NCBI GenBank assembly: GCA_963768425.1
Contig: CAVYHV010000014.1
Span: 64,001-128,000 of the forward strand
Length of the DNA: 64,000 nucleotides
From: Candidatus Bathyarchaeota archaeon
GTDB lineage: Archaea; Thermoproteota; Bathyarchaeia; Bathyarchaeales; Bathycorpusculaceae
Direction of reading: 5' to 3'
Part shown: positions 48,091 through 57,997 of the stretch, piece by piece
How positions within the stretch are numbered: position 1 is the first letter of the stretch
How the letters are laid out: the number at the start of each line of letters is the position of its first letter
Program-made: the position numbers and the translations under genes
Notes under the pieces: generated by a model
Seen by the model: only the letters and a program-made list of their open reading frames with translations
Told to the model about the DNA's origin: nothing
Databases searched by the model: none

Positions 48091-49373
48091 ATGACTTCAA
48101 AATGGACTACAAAATATGGCTTAGCAGCAGTGCTTACAGCAGTTCTAGTAATATCCATTGCGTTTTTCGCTAACCCAAGCCTTGTGCCAAAGCAAGCTTC
48201 AGGGCAAACATCACTTGCAGTACTGCTCACTGACCCGCCTGTTGTGCCTGCTGGAACAACTGTGCTTAACCTGACTTACTCCGACATTTCATTACACGTC
48301 ACATATACCAACGGAACTTCGCAATGGCTTTCGGTGGGAACATCAGGAAGCGTAAACTCGTTCGAACTGATTAACATGACCAAAACTATCGCTTCTACAA
48401 CTATCCCAACTAACACTACCGTAGACAAAATCCAGTTCAATATAGAAAACGTTTCCGCAGTGATTAACGGTGTAACCTACAATGTGACTACACTCTCCAG
48501 CACCCTTGTAATGTCAGTTGCTAACAGCAGAGTTAACCAAACCCTCTCTGGCGTACTAGTGGATTTCAACCCCACACTCATTGAGATACAATCAGTTGAC
48601 GCAAACGGAAACCCAGTTAACTATTACGTGCTTGCTCCAAGCGCAACCGCTGCAGTCGTCGGCAGTTTGGACCAGTCCCAAGTTAGAGTTGGAACAATCG
48701 TAAAAATAGGTCAAAACGGCAGGGCGAGAATGGAACGCGTTGTTCAAGATTTCAGCCAGAGCCTTTCAATAACCGCTGCATCGCTTTCAGTCAAAGGCAA
48801 CACGACAAGCCTTTCAGTAACCCTCACAAACAACGGAGAGGTAACCTTCAGAGTCTTCGGCTTAATGCTCCAAGGCGACTTCAACTCAACACTGAACTGG
48901 GCACCGCAATTCCAAATGCCGAATCCCAACTCAAGCACTATTCCATTCCAAATCAACAACACCGATTTGGTTCCGCTTTTTGGGCCAAGCTTCGGAATGC
49001 ACCCATGATACCGCAAAATGTTCGACCTATGCCAATAACGCAGGCAGCGACTTTAGTGCAGCCACTTGACATGAGAATGGGTCAAAGTATCCAAAACGCA
49101 GGTCCTGATATAGGTGGAATGGGCATGGGCAGACAACCCTTTGGTCCCCAAGGAGGGCACGATGACAGAACAGGAGCCGCAGCTTCTTCGTATCTTGCTC
49201 TACAGCCCGGACAAACAGTCACTTTGACTTTCAGTGGCGTCATCGGCCTCCAACATGGACAAAACTTCAACGTTAGACCAGGGTTGACAATGACACCGTT
49301 ATTGGGAAACACCTACACGATACAGCTTACAGGCGAAGGTTTCCAAACCTACACGGTAACCGCAACAGCTTAA
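48091..49373 (+). CDS. Secreted DUF4382-like protein, split into 48091..49008 and 49005..49373 (probably one gene)
   Basis: N-terminal TM, LLTDPP motif, N/T-rich beta strands; junction CACCCATGA restores frame with one extra C. Confidence 0.65.
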
Positions 49374-49452
49374 ACAAAAGAAAATCGCCTATCTCTAACT
49401 TTTTTGTTTTTTTCAAAACGTATAGCGGTCTTAATTCCTAAAATATTTTGGC

Positions 49453-50091
49453 CTAAAAAAAGCAGGGAATATACTCCCTAACCCTAAACTCTACGCCCAA
49501 ACCATCCGCCAACGCCTTCGCCTCCGACACATCTACTTCAGGCATCCTTATTGCCGTAGCCTCAACCTGCAAAACCGGCTTAGCGTTCCGAATAAACTCA
49601 ATAACTGCCTCGTACGCGCCATCGAAAGTCGGCTTACAAATCTGATTATATGTTTCCTTGTCTCCGGCGTTCAAGCTCACGCTTACTTTGTCAACACCCG
49701 CTGCTAGCAACTCGGCCACCAGATTTCTACACGGATTGAGCAAGTAGCCGTGCCCGTTTGTGTTTACCCGAACTTTTATTGGCCTACCGTAATGCTGTCT
49801 AACCCACGTTGCGAGTCCCAACAAAACATCAAGCCGCTCCGTCGGCTCACCGAACCCGCAGAAAACCACCTCAACCCAGTTCCGCATACCCAAAACCCCT
49901 TCAAGCTCAACTATGATTTGGCCAAGGCTAGGTTCCTCGGCGAATTTTAGGTTGAAGCCGCCAACACCACACTTAAAATTCCTAAGGCAGAAAAAGCAGC
50001 CGTTAGAGCAGCGGTTTGTGATATTCAAGTAAAGCTTATTCTCCAGCCAATATACAGCTTTGGGTTTTTCGTCTTTAGCCATCATTTCCAC
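49453..50091 (-). CDS. TatD-associated radical SAM protein
   Basis: LYLNITNRCSNGCFFC, EVVFCGFGEPT, R.NTNGHG, SVSLNA. Confidence 0.88.
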   Translation of the reverse strand: MEMMAKDEKPKAVYWLENKLYLNITNRCSNGCFFCLRNFKCGVGGFNLKFAEEPSLGQIIVELEGVLGMRNWVEVVFCGFGEPTERLDVLLGLATWVRQHYGRPIKVRVNTNGHGYLLNPCRNLVAELLAAGVDKVSVSLNAGDKETYNQICKPTFDGAYEAVIEFIRNAKPVLQVEATAIRMPEVDVSEAKALADGLGVEFRVREYIPCFF

Positions 50092-50117
50092 GTTTGTCTC
50101 TGAGTCGATTTCTACGT

Positions 50118-50405
50118 TTAGCCGCCTGTCATAAGCGACATTATGATTACGTTGTCCCCGTTTTTCAGTGGGGTGTTGACGCCCTGAAGCTGGTCCATTA
50201 AGACGCCGTTAACCATCGTTACGAAGGTTTGCTTCATTTCTTTTTTGGTTGGGTCATAAACTTCTTGTGTGAATGGTTTTCCGTATTTTTCGGCGACGAC
50301 ACAGAGCAGCTCCGAGAGGGGAAAAGCTTCAGCTAAGTCAAATTCATCTTGGCTTGTTCTTGTGAAGCTTTTGACTAGGCTCAGATAGTGAACTTTTACT
50401 TTCAT
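50118..50405 (-). CDS. MoaD/ThiS/SAMP ubiquitin-like sulfur carrier
   Basis: beta-grasp pattern, C-terminal GG. Confidence 0.9.
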   Translation of the reverse strand: MKVKVHYLSLVKSFTRTSQDEFDLAEAFPLSELLCVVAEKYGKPFTQEVYDPTKKEMKQTFVTMVNGVLMDQLQGVNTPLKNGDNVIIMSLMTGG

Positions 50406-50632
50406 TTTTGACTCACTGTTAACTGAATTATGGATTGATTGTGGCGACTCATATGTTTTTTCTGCCTAAACTCGCTTTTTTTCCTGCGCGAATGTGAAAA
50501 GTCGTTATGTCTACCAGTTCATGACGGCGACTTTAAAGCAACTATTTAAGTCATAGATTTCAAAATTAAAACCCATTAACTTAATATACTGTTCACAGGA
50601 GTAATTAGCTAAATTTAACGGAGGAACATTGG

Positions 50633-52489
50633 TTGCTCGGTTACGCAGGAAAGATTCTACGCGTGAATTTATCTACAGGCAAAATAGCTGTGGAAAAACT
50701 AGACGAGGAAACCGCCAAGAAATACATCGGTGGCATTGGCTTAGGCATGAAACTTTGGCTAGCCAACTCAAAAGCAGGAGTGGATGCATTTAGCCCTGAA
50801 AACCCGCTGGTTCTAGCAGTTGGACCAGTCTCAGCAACGATGTTCCCAACAGGCGGAAACGGGCACGCATTCATTTCAAAGTCACCTGAAACAGGCGCGG
50901 TCGGCGAAGCAGTGAGCCACGGTACCTTTGGGGCAGAAATAAAAAGAGCCGGCTACGACGCCATAATTTTAGTCGGGAAAGCCGAAAGACCCTCATATCT
51001 CTGGATTGACGATGAATCAGTGCAGCTGCTTGACGCAGAAAAAATCTGGGGTAAATCACCCGCTGAAACCGAAGATGCAGTTAAAGATGAACTTGGCGAC
51101 TACTATGTGCGCGTTGCATCAATAGGGTTGGCCAGGGGAAAAACAGTCTAAAATTGCCAACATAATTAATGAGAAAACCCGTGCAGCAGGGAGAACGGGG
51201 CTCGGCGCAGTTATGGGTTCAAAGAACCTTAAAGCGTTCGCTGTCCGTGGAACCAAAGACATCGTTGTAGCTAAACCCGAAGAATTTATTGAAATGGTCA
51301 AAGAGTTTCATGAAAGAATGAAGGGTCCAGCGGCACAAAAATATCGAACTTTGGGGTCGGCAGAAAACGTCATGATCCAAAACGCACTACACTGTTTGCC
51401 CACTCGCAACTACAACAACTCGTATTTTGACCACGCTGAAAGAGTAAGCGGTGAAATCCTTAACGAACGTTACATTGCAAAAATAATCGCTTGCAACTCG
51501 TGCGCAATGCGGTGCGAACATGAAGCGGTTATCCACGATGGACCCTACAAGGGAACAATGGCACGCATGGAGTACGATAACATTTGGGCTCTTGGCCGAA
51601 TTGCGGCGTGGATAAACTTGATGCAATAATCAAAGCGGCTGATCTGTGCAGCTACTACGGTTTAGATGCGACAAGCACAGGCGTTACGATTAGCTTCGTT
51701 ATGGATTGCCATGAAAAAGGCATCTTAACGCACGATGAACTCGGCGGAATAGATGCTCACTTCGGAAACGAAGTGGCACTACTGCAGCTTATCGAGAAAA
51801 TAGGCAAACGAGAGGGAATAGGCGAAATCTTGGCTGACGGAGTGAAAGTAGCCGCAGCGAAAATCGGAAAAGACTCAGACAAGCTTGCCCAAAACATCAA
51901 AGGATTAGAAGTCACAGGCTACGATTTACGATGCCTAAAAACCGCGGCTTTGGGATTTGCAGTTTCATTCCGTGGAGCTGACCACAATCGAAGCGGCGCA
52001 TACGCGTTTGACATTTCAGGCAAAGTCGACCGCCTTAAAGCTGAAAAAGGCCGAGGCAAACTTGTCAAAGACTCAGAAGACATCTACGCACTAATTGATT
52101 CGCTCATAATCTGCAAGAATGCGAGAGGCACCCTGTTCAAGGAGTTGCCGGACCTGTCGAAGCTTTACAAACTGATAACTGGGTACGAGATGACTACGCA
52201 GGAGTTGAGCCTTGCAGGCGAACGGATAAACACCCTTGCCAGACTAATCAACATCCGAGAAGGATTAAGCCGCAAAGACGACACGCTACCATGGAAAGTT
52301 ATGAACCAACCAATCTCAGACGATGGCCCAGGGAAAGGCTCAGTAGTAACCCAAGAGGAACTTGATCTGCTCCTTGACGACTATTACTTGGCACGCGGCT
52401 GGACATTGGATGGAGTACCAACAAAAGACGTTCTAACCAAGCTTGGATTGGACGATCTATCGGGTATAATTGAAGGAAAAGAGGATTAA
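50633..52489 (+). CDS. aor: Tungsten aldehyde:ferredoxin oxidoreductase family, two frameshifts (~51135, ~51595)
   Basis: GYAGKILRVNLS, KSP.TG, AAGRTGLGAVMGSKNLKA, C..CAMRC, YY.ARGW..DG.P. Confidence 0.9.
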
Positions 52490-52491
52490 GA

Positions 52492-52995
52492 ATGGTTAAA
52501 ATTCACGATAGAAAATTCGTTTCCGTCGACCCCGAAAAATGCGTAGGCTGCCAAATATGCGAATACGCTTGCTCATTCACTAAAGAAAAATGTTTCAACC
52601 CGTTGAAATCACGGATACGTGTCGTTAGGGTTAATCAAGTTGCTAACATGTCAGTCACATGCAGACTCTGCGAAGAACCAGCTTGCGTAGCAGCTTGCCC
52701 GAGAAATGCGCTTTCACAGTCAGAAGATACTGGGAACATTGTTCTTGACAAAGACAAATGCAACGGTTGCGGATGGTGCATCGAAGCATGTGACTACGGC
52801 GCAATAATGCTGCATCCAGAAACCAAAGTAGTCTACGTCTGCGACCTCTGCAAAGACAAACCCGACGGACCCCAATGCGTCAAATGGTGCCCAGAAGAAG
52901 CATTAACTCTTGTCACAAGCGATGTGCTAGCCCAAAAAGCAAGAATTAGCGCAATTAAGAAGCTGTTCCAAGAGTCAAAAGAAAAAATAAGCTAA
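52492..52995 (+). CDS. 4x[4Fe-4S] ferredoxin-like subunit following aor
   Basis: 16 Cys in DmsB/HydN-like arrangement. Confidence 0.9.
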   Translation: MVKIHDRKFVSVDPEKCVGCQICEYACSFTKEKCFNPLKSRIRVVRVNQVANMSVTCRLCEEPACVAACPRNALSQSEDTGNIVLDKDKCNGCGWCIEACDYGAIMLHPETKVVYVCDLCKDKPDGPQCVKWCPEEALTLVTSDVLAQKARISAIKKLFQESKEKIS

Positions 52996-53036
52996 AAAAA
53001 GACCGAATCCTTTCCGCATGTTTTTGCCTGCTTATT

Positions 53037-53636
53037 TTAAAGAGCATTCTCTGCGGTGACGGATTGAACGCTGTCTCTGCCCGCTTGGAACGCTTTCAGA
53101 TTCACGTTGAGGTATTTTTCTTTCAACCTACCTGCAATGGCCTGCTTAAACGACTCAGCCTTAACAGGGACTTCGGGAAGCGCTGAAAGTGCCCCCAACA
53201 GAATCGTGTTGACGACTAAGAGGTTTCCGAGTTTCTCAGCGATTCCGGCTCCGTCTACTTCATGCACCTTGCCTTTCTCCCTTAAAATCTGCATCAACTC
53301 ATCTATCTTCTTAGGCTTCACATTTGAACCGGAAATACACGGCTGAATGTACTTCATATTAACGATCACGTCGCCGCCTCGCCTAAGCATCGGCAAAGCC
53401 CGCGCCGCCTCAAGAATCTCAAAACCCACCAGAACGTCTGCTTTCCCTGTTTCAATCAGCGGTGACTCGACTTTGTCGGCGATTCTCGCGTAAGCCACAA
53501 TTGAGCCTCCACGCTGCGCCATCCCATGAATCTCAGCCTTAGCAACATCAAAGCCCTCCAGAATCGCCGCTTCACAGAAAATGTCACTTAGCACTACCAC
53601 GCCCTGGCCGCCGACGCCGCTAAAAACGGTGTCCAA
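53037..53636 (-). CDS. iorB: Indolepyruvate oxidoreductase beta subunit
   Basis: GVGGQG, EIHGMAQRGGS, N.ILLGAL, N.KAF..G. Confidence 0.92.
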   Translation of the reverse strand: MDTVFSGVGGQGVVVLSDIFCEAAILEGFDVAKAEIHGMAQRGGSIVAYARIADKVESPLIETGKADVLVGFEILEAARALPMLRRGGDVIVNMKYIQPCISGSNVKPKKIDELMQILREKGKVHEVDGAGIAEKLGNLLVVNTILLGALSALPEVPVKAESFKQAIAGRLKEKYLNVNLKAFQAGRDSVQSVTAENAL

Positions 53637-53641
53637 ACTAT

Positions 53642-55834
53642 TCAGTCTTCCTTCCTCCTAACTGCATCGAAGGGACAGACGACTTCACAGACACCGCAAC
53701 CATAGCATAATGAAGCATCAACCGAAACCTTCCCATTTACTTTGTAGATGGCAGGGCACCCAAAGGCTTTTGTACACACTTCGCAGTCTGTGCATTTCTC
53801 AGTGATTTCTCTGGACTTGCCCCTTTCAACAAGGAGTGGACAGGGTCTCTGGGAGATGACGACTGAGGGACCGTCAAAATCAACTATTTTCCGTAACGCT
53901 GAAATCGTGCCGTCAACGTCGTAGGGGTCGACAACAACCACTTTGTCTATACCCAGCCCCCTTGCAACATCCGTCAGCTTCAGGATTTTAGCGTCTACGC
54001 CCATGGCGGTTTTTCCCGAGCCAGGCGTTGGCTGATGCCCCGTCATGGCAACCGTATTATTATCCATAATGACTACGCACACGTTAGCCTTATTGTAAAC
54101 GATGTTCATTAAGCCAGGCATGCCCGCGTGGAAGAAAGTTGAGTCGCCGATGACCGAGAACACCTTGTCTTTAACACCTGCATGAACCATACCTGCAGCC
54201 TGAGAAATCCCCGCACCCATGCAAAGGCAGCTTTGAACCGTGTTGACGGGAGGCAAAACGCCGAGCGTGTAGCAGCCAATGTCGCCTGTAACGATTTTGT
54301 CGTTTGAAGCTCCTGATAGACTCAGAGCTCCTTCGGGGCAGAATGGAATGCATTTGGGTTCGCCACCGCAAGTGTCGCATACCATAGCTTTGCGCGTAGT
54401 CGGATTCAAAGTTACTGAGCCGAACTCGCAGGCTTCAATGCACCAGTCACAACCCTTGCATTTGTCCTCGTCAACCACGATCGCTCCAGTTTGGGTTGAA
54501 CGCATCAAGGCTTTTTCTGGGCAAGCCATGATGCATGGTGCCTCTATGCAGGCTTTGCAAGTTATCGCCGTGTTGAAGGTCTGGCGAAGCCTTACTGAGC
54601 GGATGCGTGATTTAAGCGGGTTGAAAGCATGTTCTTTCTCGAAAGAGCAAATGTACTCGCAGATGTCGCAGCCGACGCATTTGTCGTTGTCGCAGTTAAC
54701 ATGCTGGTTCACCATGTTAAGCGCATAGTAAAATGCTCTGTGGGGACAACCTGGGCAAAGGTTAGGCGGTCTAGGCTGCAAAAACAACGGTTCCTGCGGC
54801 TCAGCTTTGGCTGTTAAGCCTAAACTTGAGAAAGCTTGACGTACACAATCGGGCGTTAACTCACCGATCTCCTCCAAACCCAACTGAGTCTTTCCTAATG
54901 GCTGCATACTCAGCCGTTGCAGATTCTCTTCAATGTACGGCCGCAGCTCCTCAATGACTATGAGTTTCTTTACCTTGAGAGCAAATCTCTGAACAATCTC
55001 ATGAGGAAATGGATGAACAAAACCCAGCTTTAACCAAGAAAACTTTTTTGTATCCAGCACTGAACGAGCATAGTAGTAGCCAACTCCGCTGCCTATGATT
55101 CCGATGTCGCAACCATTATCTTCGATCACATTGAATTTTGAGTGGTTGACAAGCGTTTTTGTTTCCGCCATCTTTACCTCTAAAACTCTGTGTTGCCGAA
55201 TAGCGTTTGAGGGAACCATCACCCATTTAGAGCCCTGCTTGTCAAAGTCGGGTTTGCGGGATAGATTATGGAGTCGACCAAGTTTCACTCGCGCCTTCCC
55301 ATGTGCAACCCTAGTCGTTAAACGCAAAATGATCGGCAAATGCAGCCGCTCGCTGAGTTCGAAGGCTTCCCTCGCCATATCCAAGGCTTCTTGCGGGTTC
55401 CCAGCGTCCAATAAGGGGAGCTTCGAATGGACCGCGAAGTATCGTGTGTCCTGTTCGTTTTGGCTGCTATGCAAAGCTGGGTCATCACAAACCGCGATTA
55501 TCATCCCGCCTTCGACACCTGTGTATGCCAAAGTCATGACGGCGTCTGCGGCGACGTTCAGGCCAACGTGCTTCATGGAAACGATGGAGCGCACGCCTGC
55601 CATCGAAGCGCCCGCGGCTACCTCAACAGCAACGATCTCGTTTATGCTCCATTCGGCGTAGATGCCGAATTCTTTTGATGCCTCAGCGAGGGTTTCCAAA
55701 ATTTCTGTAGCCGGCGTGCCAGGGTAAGAAGCAGCAACTTTAACCGAAGCTTCAACGGCGCCTCTTGCGACTGCTTCATCGCCGTTAAGCAAGGCAAAAC
55801 GGCCCGGCTTATCTACAGCAATTTTGGAAGTCAT
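53642..55834 (-). CDS. iorA: Indolepyruvate oxidoreductase alpha subunit with internal 4x[4Fe-4S] insertion
   Basis: SYPGTP, MKHVGLNVA, SSQNEQD, LCPGCPHR, GDIGCYTLG, GDSTFFH, DN..AMTGHQP, C-terminal ferredoxin. Confidence 0.92.
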   Translation of the reverse strand: MTSKIAVDKPGRFALLNGDEAVARGAVEASVKVAASYPGTPATEILETLAEASKEFGIYAEWSINEIVAVEVAAGASMAGVRSIVSMKHVGLNVAADAVMTLAYTGVEGGMIIAVCDDPALHSSQNEQDTRYFAVHSKLPLLDAGNPQEALDMAREAFELSERLHLPIILRLTTRVAHGKARVKLGRLHNLSRKPDFDKQGSKWVMVPSNAIRQHRVLEVKMAETKTLVNHSKFNVIEDNGCDIGIIGSGVGYYYARSVLDTKKFSWLKLGFVHPFPHEIVQRFALKVKKLIVIEELRPYIEENLQRLSMQPLGKTQLGLEEIGELTPDCVRQAFSSLGLTAKAEPQEPLFLQPRPPNLCPGCPHRAFYYALNMVNQHVNCDNDKCVGCDICEYICSFEKEHAFNPLKSRIRSVRLRQTFNTAITCKACIEAPCIMACPEKALMRSTQTGAIVVDEDKCKGCDWCIEACEFGSVTLNPTTRKAMVCDTCGGEPKCIPFCPEGALSLSGASNDKIVTGDIGCYTLGVLPPVNTVQSCLCMGAGISQAAGMVHAGVKDKVFSVIGDSTFFHAGMPGLMNIVYNKANVCVVIMDNNTVAMTGHQPTPGSGKTAMGVDAKILKLTDVARGLGIDKVVVVDPYDVDGTISALRKIVDFDGPSVVISQRPCPLLVERGKSREITEKCTDCEVCTKAFGCPAIYKVNGKVSVDASLCYGCGVCEVVCPFDAVRRKED

Positions 55835-55846
55835 AGGTTTAGTCCT

Positions 55847-57199
55847 TTACATTTTGCCTTTACGTAAGTCCAGAACCCGCTTTGCTTTCCCCTCAGTCCT
55901 TGGAAGCTCACCCGGCTTCACAATTTCTACGTCTGCCGAAATGCCTGTCACGATGTGTATTTGCTTTTGAATGCCGTTTTTCAACGCGTTCGGATCCAAT
56001 TTTGGATCTTTGGCTGCTTTCTCGGATAATTCAACTTTTACAACGAACGTGTCTAACGCGCCTGGTCTGTCGAGGACGATTAGGTATTGTGTGGCAAGTT
56101 CCGAGAAGCACATGACCGCGTATTCGATTTGCGACGGGAATACGTTTACTCCGCGGATAATGAGCATGTCGTCTGACCTGCCTTGAACACGCATCATTCG
56201 GGCATGTGTTCGTCCGCAGGCGCATGTCTCTGTCTCTATTTTGGACATGTCTCGGGTTCGGTATCTGAGCATAGGCAGGCCCTGCTTTGTCAAGCCTGTG
56301 AAAACTATTTCGCCTTCTTCTCCTGGAGGCAGAACCTCGCCTGTGTCAGAATCAATCGTTTCCACGATAAAGTGATCCTCCCAAATATGCAGCCCCTTAT
56401 GTTCAGCGCATTCTACGGCGACGCCTGGACCGCAAAGCTCGGTTAAACCGTAAACGTCAAAAGCCGAAATTCCCAAGTCCTGCTCTATTCTTTCCCGTAG
56501 CTTGTCTGACCAAGGCTCCGCTCCAAACAGCCCAAGTTTAAGTTTAAGGTCTTTTTTCGGGTCAACGTTTTCCTGAGCCATGGTTTCAGCAAGGTAAACT
56601 GCAAAGCTCGGGGTACAAGCCAAAATCGTGACGCCTAAATCTTTCATAAGCTTAATTTGGCGTTGTGTCATGCCGCCGCTTGCAGGGACGATTTTCGACC
56701 CGATTTTTTGGGCGCCGTAATGGAATCCTAAGCCACCGGTGAATAGACCGTAACCGTAGGCGATGTGTATTGTGTCTTGGCGTCTTCCACCAGCTGTATA
56801 GATGGATCTTGCCATAAGCTCCTGCCAAACATCCATGTCGCCTTTTGTGTATGCTCCAACAATCGGATTCCCAGTAGTCCCGCTTGACGCATGGATCTCC
56901 ACTATTTCGTCAAGTTTAGCAGCGACCATTCCAAATGGGTAGTTGTCTTTCAGATCGCTCTTTATAGTGAAAGGAATCTTTGTAAGATCATCAAGTGAAC
57001 GTATACTTTCAGGTTTTACCCCTGCGCCGTCAAGTCTCTTCTTGTAAAAAGCACTATTCTCATAACAATGCTTCACCAGCTCTTTCAGCTCCTTAAGCTG
57101 AAGTTTCTTTATTTCTTGAGCAGGCATGGTTTCGATTTTTTGGTTCCAGTATTTTTGGTCTACCATTTTCGCGCCCCCTTTAAGGGTCTTGCTTACCAC
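55847..57199 (-). CDS. paaK: Phenylacetate-CoA ligase
   Basis: HASSGTTG, YGYGLFTGGLG.HYG, YGLTE..GPGV, GRSDDMLIIRGVNVFPSQIE. Confidence 0.92.
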   Translation of the reverse strand: MVSKTLKGGAKMVDQKYWNQKIETMPAQEIKKLQLKELKELVKHCYENSAFYKKRLDGAGVKPESIRSLDDLTKIPFTIKSDLKDNYPFGMVAAKLDEIVEIHASSGTTGNPIVGAYTKGDMDVWQELMARSIYTAGGRRQDTIHIAYGYGLFTGGLGFHYGAQKIGSKIVPASGGMTQRQIKLMKDLGVTILACTPSFAVYLAETMAQENVDPKKDLKLKLGLFGAEPWSDKLRERIEQDLGISAFDVYGLTELCGPGVAVECAEHKGLHIWEDHFIVETIDSDTGEVLPPGEEGEIVFTGLTKQGLPMLRYRTRDMSKIETETCACGRTHARMMRVQGRSDDMLIIRGVNVFPSQIEYAVMCFSELATQYLIVLDRPGALDTFVVKVELSEKAAKDPKLDPNALKNGIQKQIHIVTGISADVEIVKPGELPRTEGKAKRVLDLRKGKM

Positions 57200-57316
57200 T
57201 CTTTTATTTGACTATTAGATAAAAGTTCCCTACTTCTACCCAAAACATGATTCTTTCGGACAACCAAGAAATCAAAGCTTGCTCAGCCAAAAGACCGTTA
57301 AAAAAAGGAGGCATTT

Positions 57317-57982
57317 TCAGAACTGCACTATGGAACTGGAGAATCTGCGTGTGATGAGTTTATACTGCCTTCGCAAGGTAAGTGTGAATGGAATCGCCTG
57401 CCCAAAGGGCGCACAATCCCCCTTTGCAACCGCTTTGACTATCGCGTCGACGGTGGGTTCAGAATCGATAGCTGTGTACCCGTACCCGATTGTTGGGCCA
57501 TAATGCGCGTCAGTTCCACCTACCTGAGGCAGATGAAGTTTCTGCGCCACTTCCATTGCTTTGCGTTTGCTGCGACCAAATGGGAAAGCATTAGCATTCA
57601 AGGTCTCCACAGCGTCGAATTTTGCGTCCCTCACATGGCTTGTCAAGCTCCCTTTAAACCAAGCGTAAGGGTGAACCGCAATAGCTATTCCGCCTGCCGA
57701 GTGGATTTTGTCAACAGTTTCCTTGGCGCTTAAACTTCTGGGAATCAACTCTTTAATGTTCAATGCGACAATGTGACCGTCTGCGCTTGAAACCTCCATA
57801 CCTGGAATAACCAGAAAATCAACTTCCTTTGCAATTTTCCAGCTGCCCTCAATCTGATTATGGTCAGTCACAGCAACAGCGCTCAAGCCACGCTTCTTGG
57901 AGTAATAAACGAGTTCTTGGGGGGTTATGAGCGAATCCTTTGAGTAGTTGCTGTGAACGTGAAGGTCAGCGTTAATTCGCAC
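57317..57982 (-). CDS. PHP-domain metallohydrolase
   Basis: DLHVHS, TDHN, GMEV, HP, GGTDAH. Confidence 0.88.
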   Translation of the reverse strand: MRINADLHVHSNYSKDSLITPQELVYYSKKRGLSAVAVTDHNQIEGSWKIAKEVDFLVIPGMEVSSADGHIVALNIKELIPRSLSAKETVDKIHSAGGIAIAVHPYAWFKGSLTSHVRDAKFDAVETLNANAFPFGRSKRKAMEVAQKLHLPQVGGTDAHYGPTIGYGYTAIDSEPTVDAIVKAVAKGDCAPFGQAIPFTLTLRRQYKLITRRFSSSIVQF

Positions 57983-57997
57983 GGTTTAGCCTCTCTC

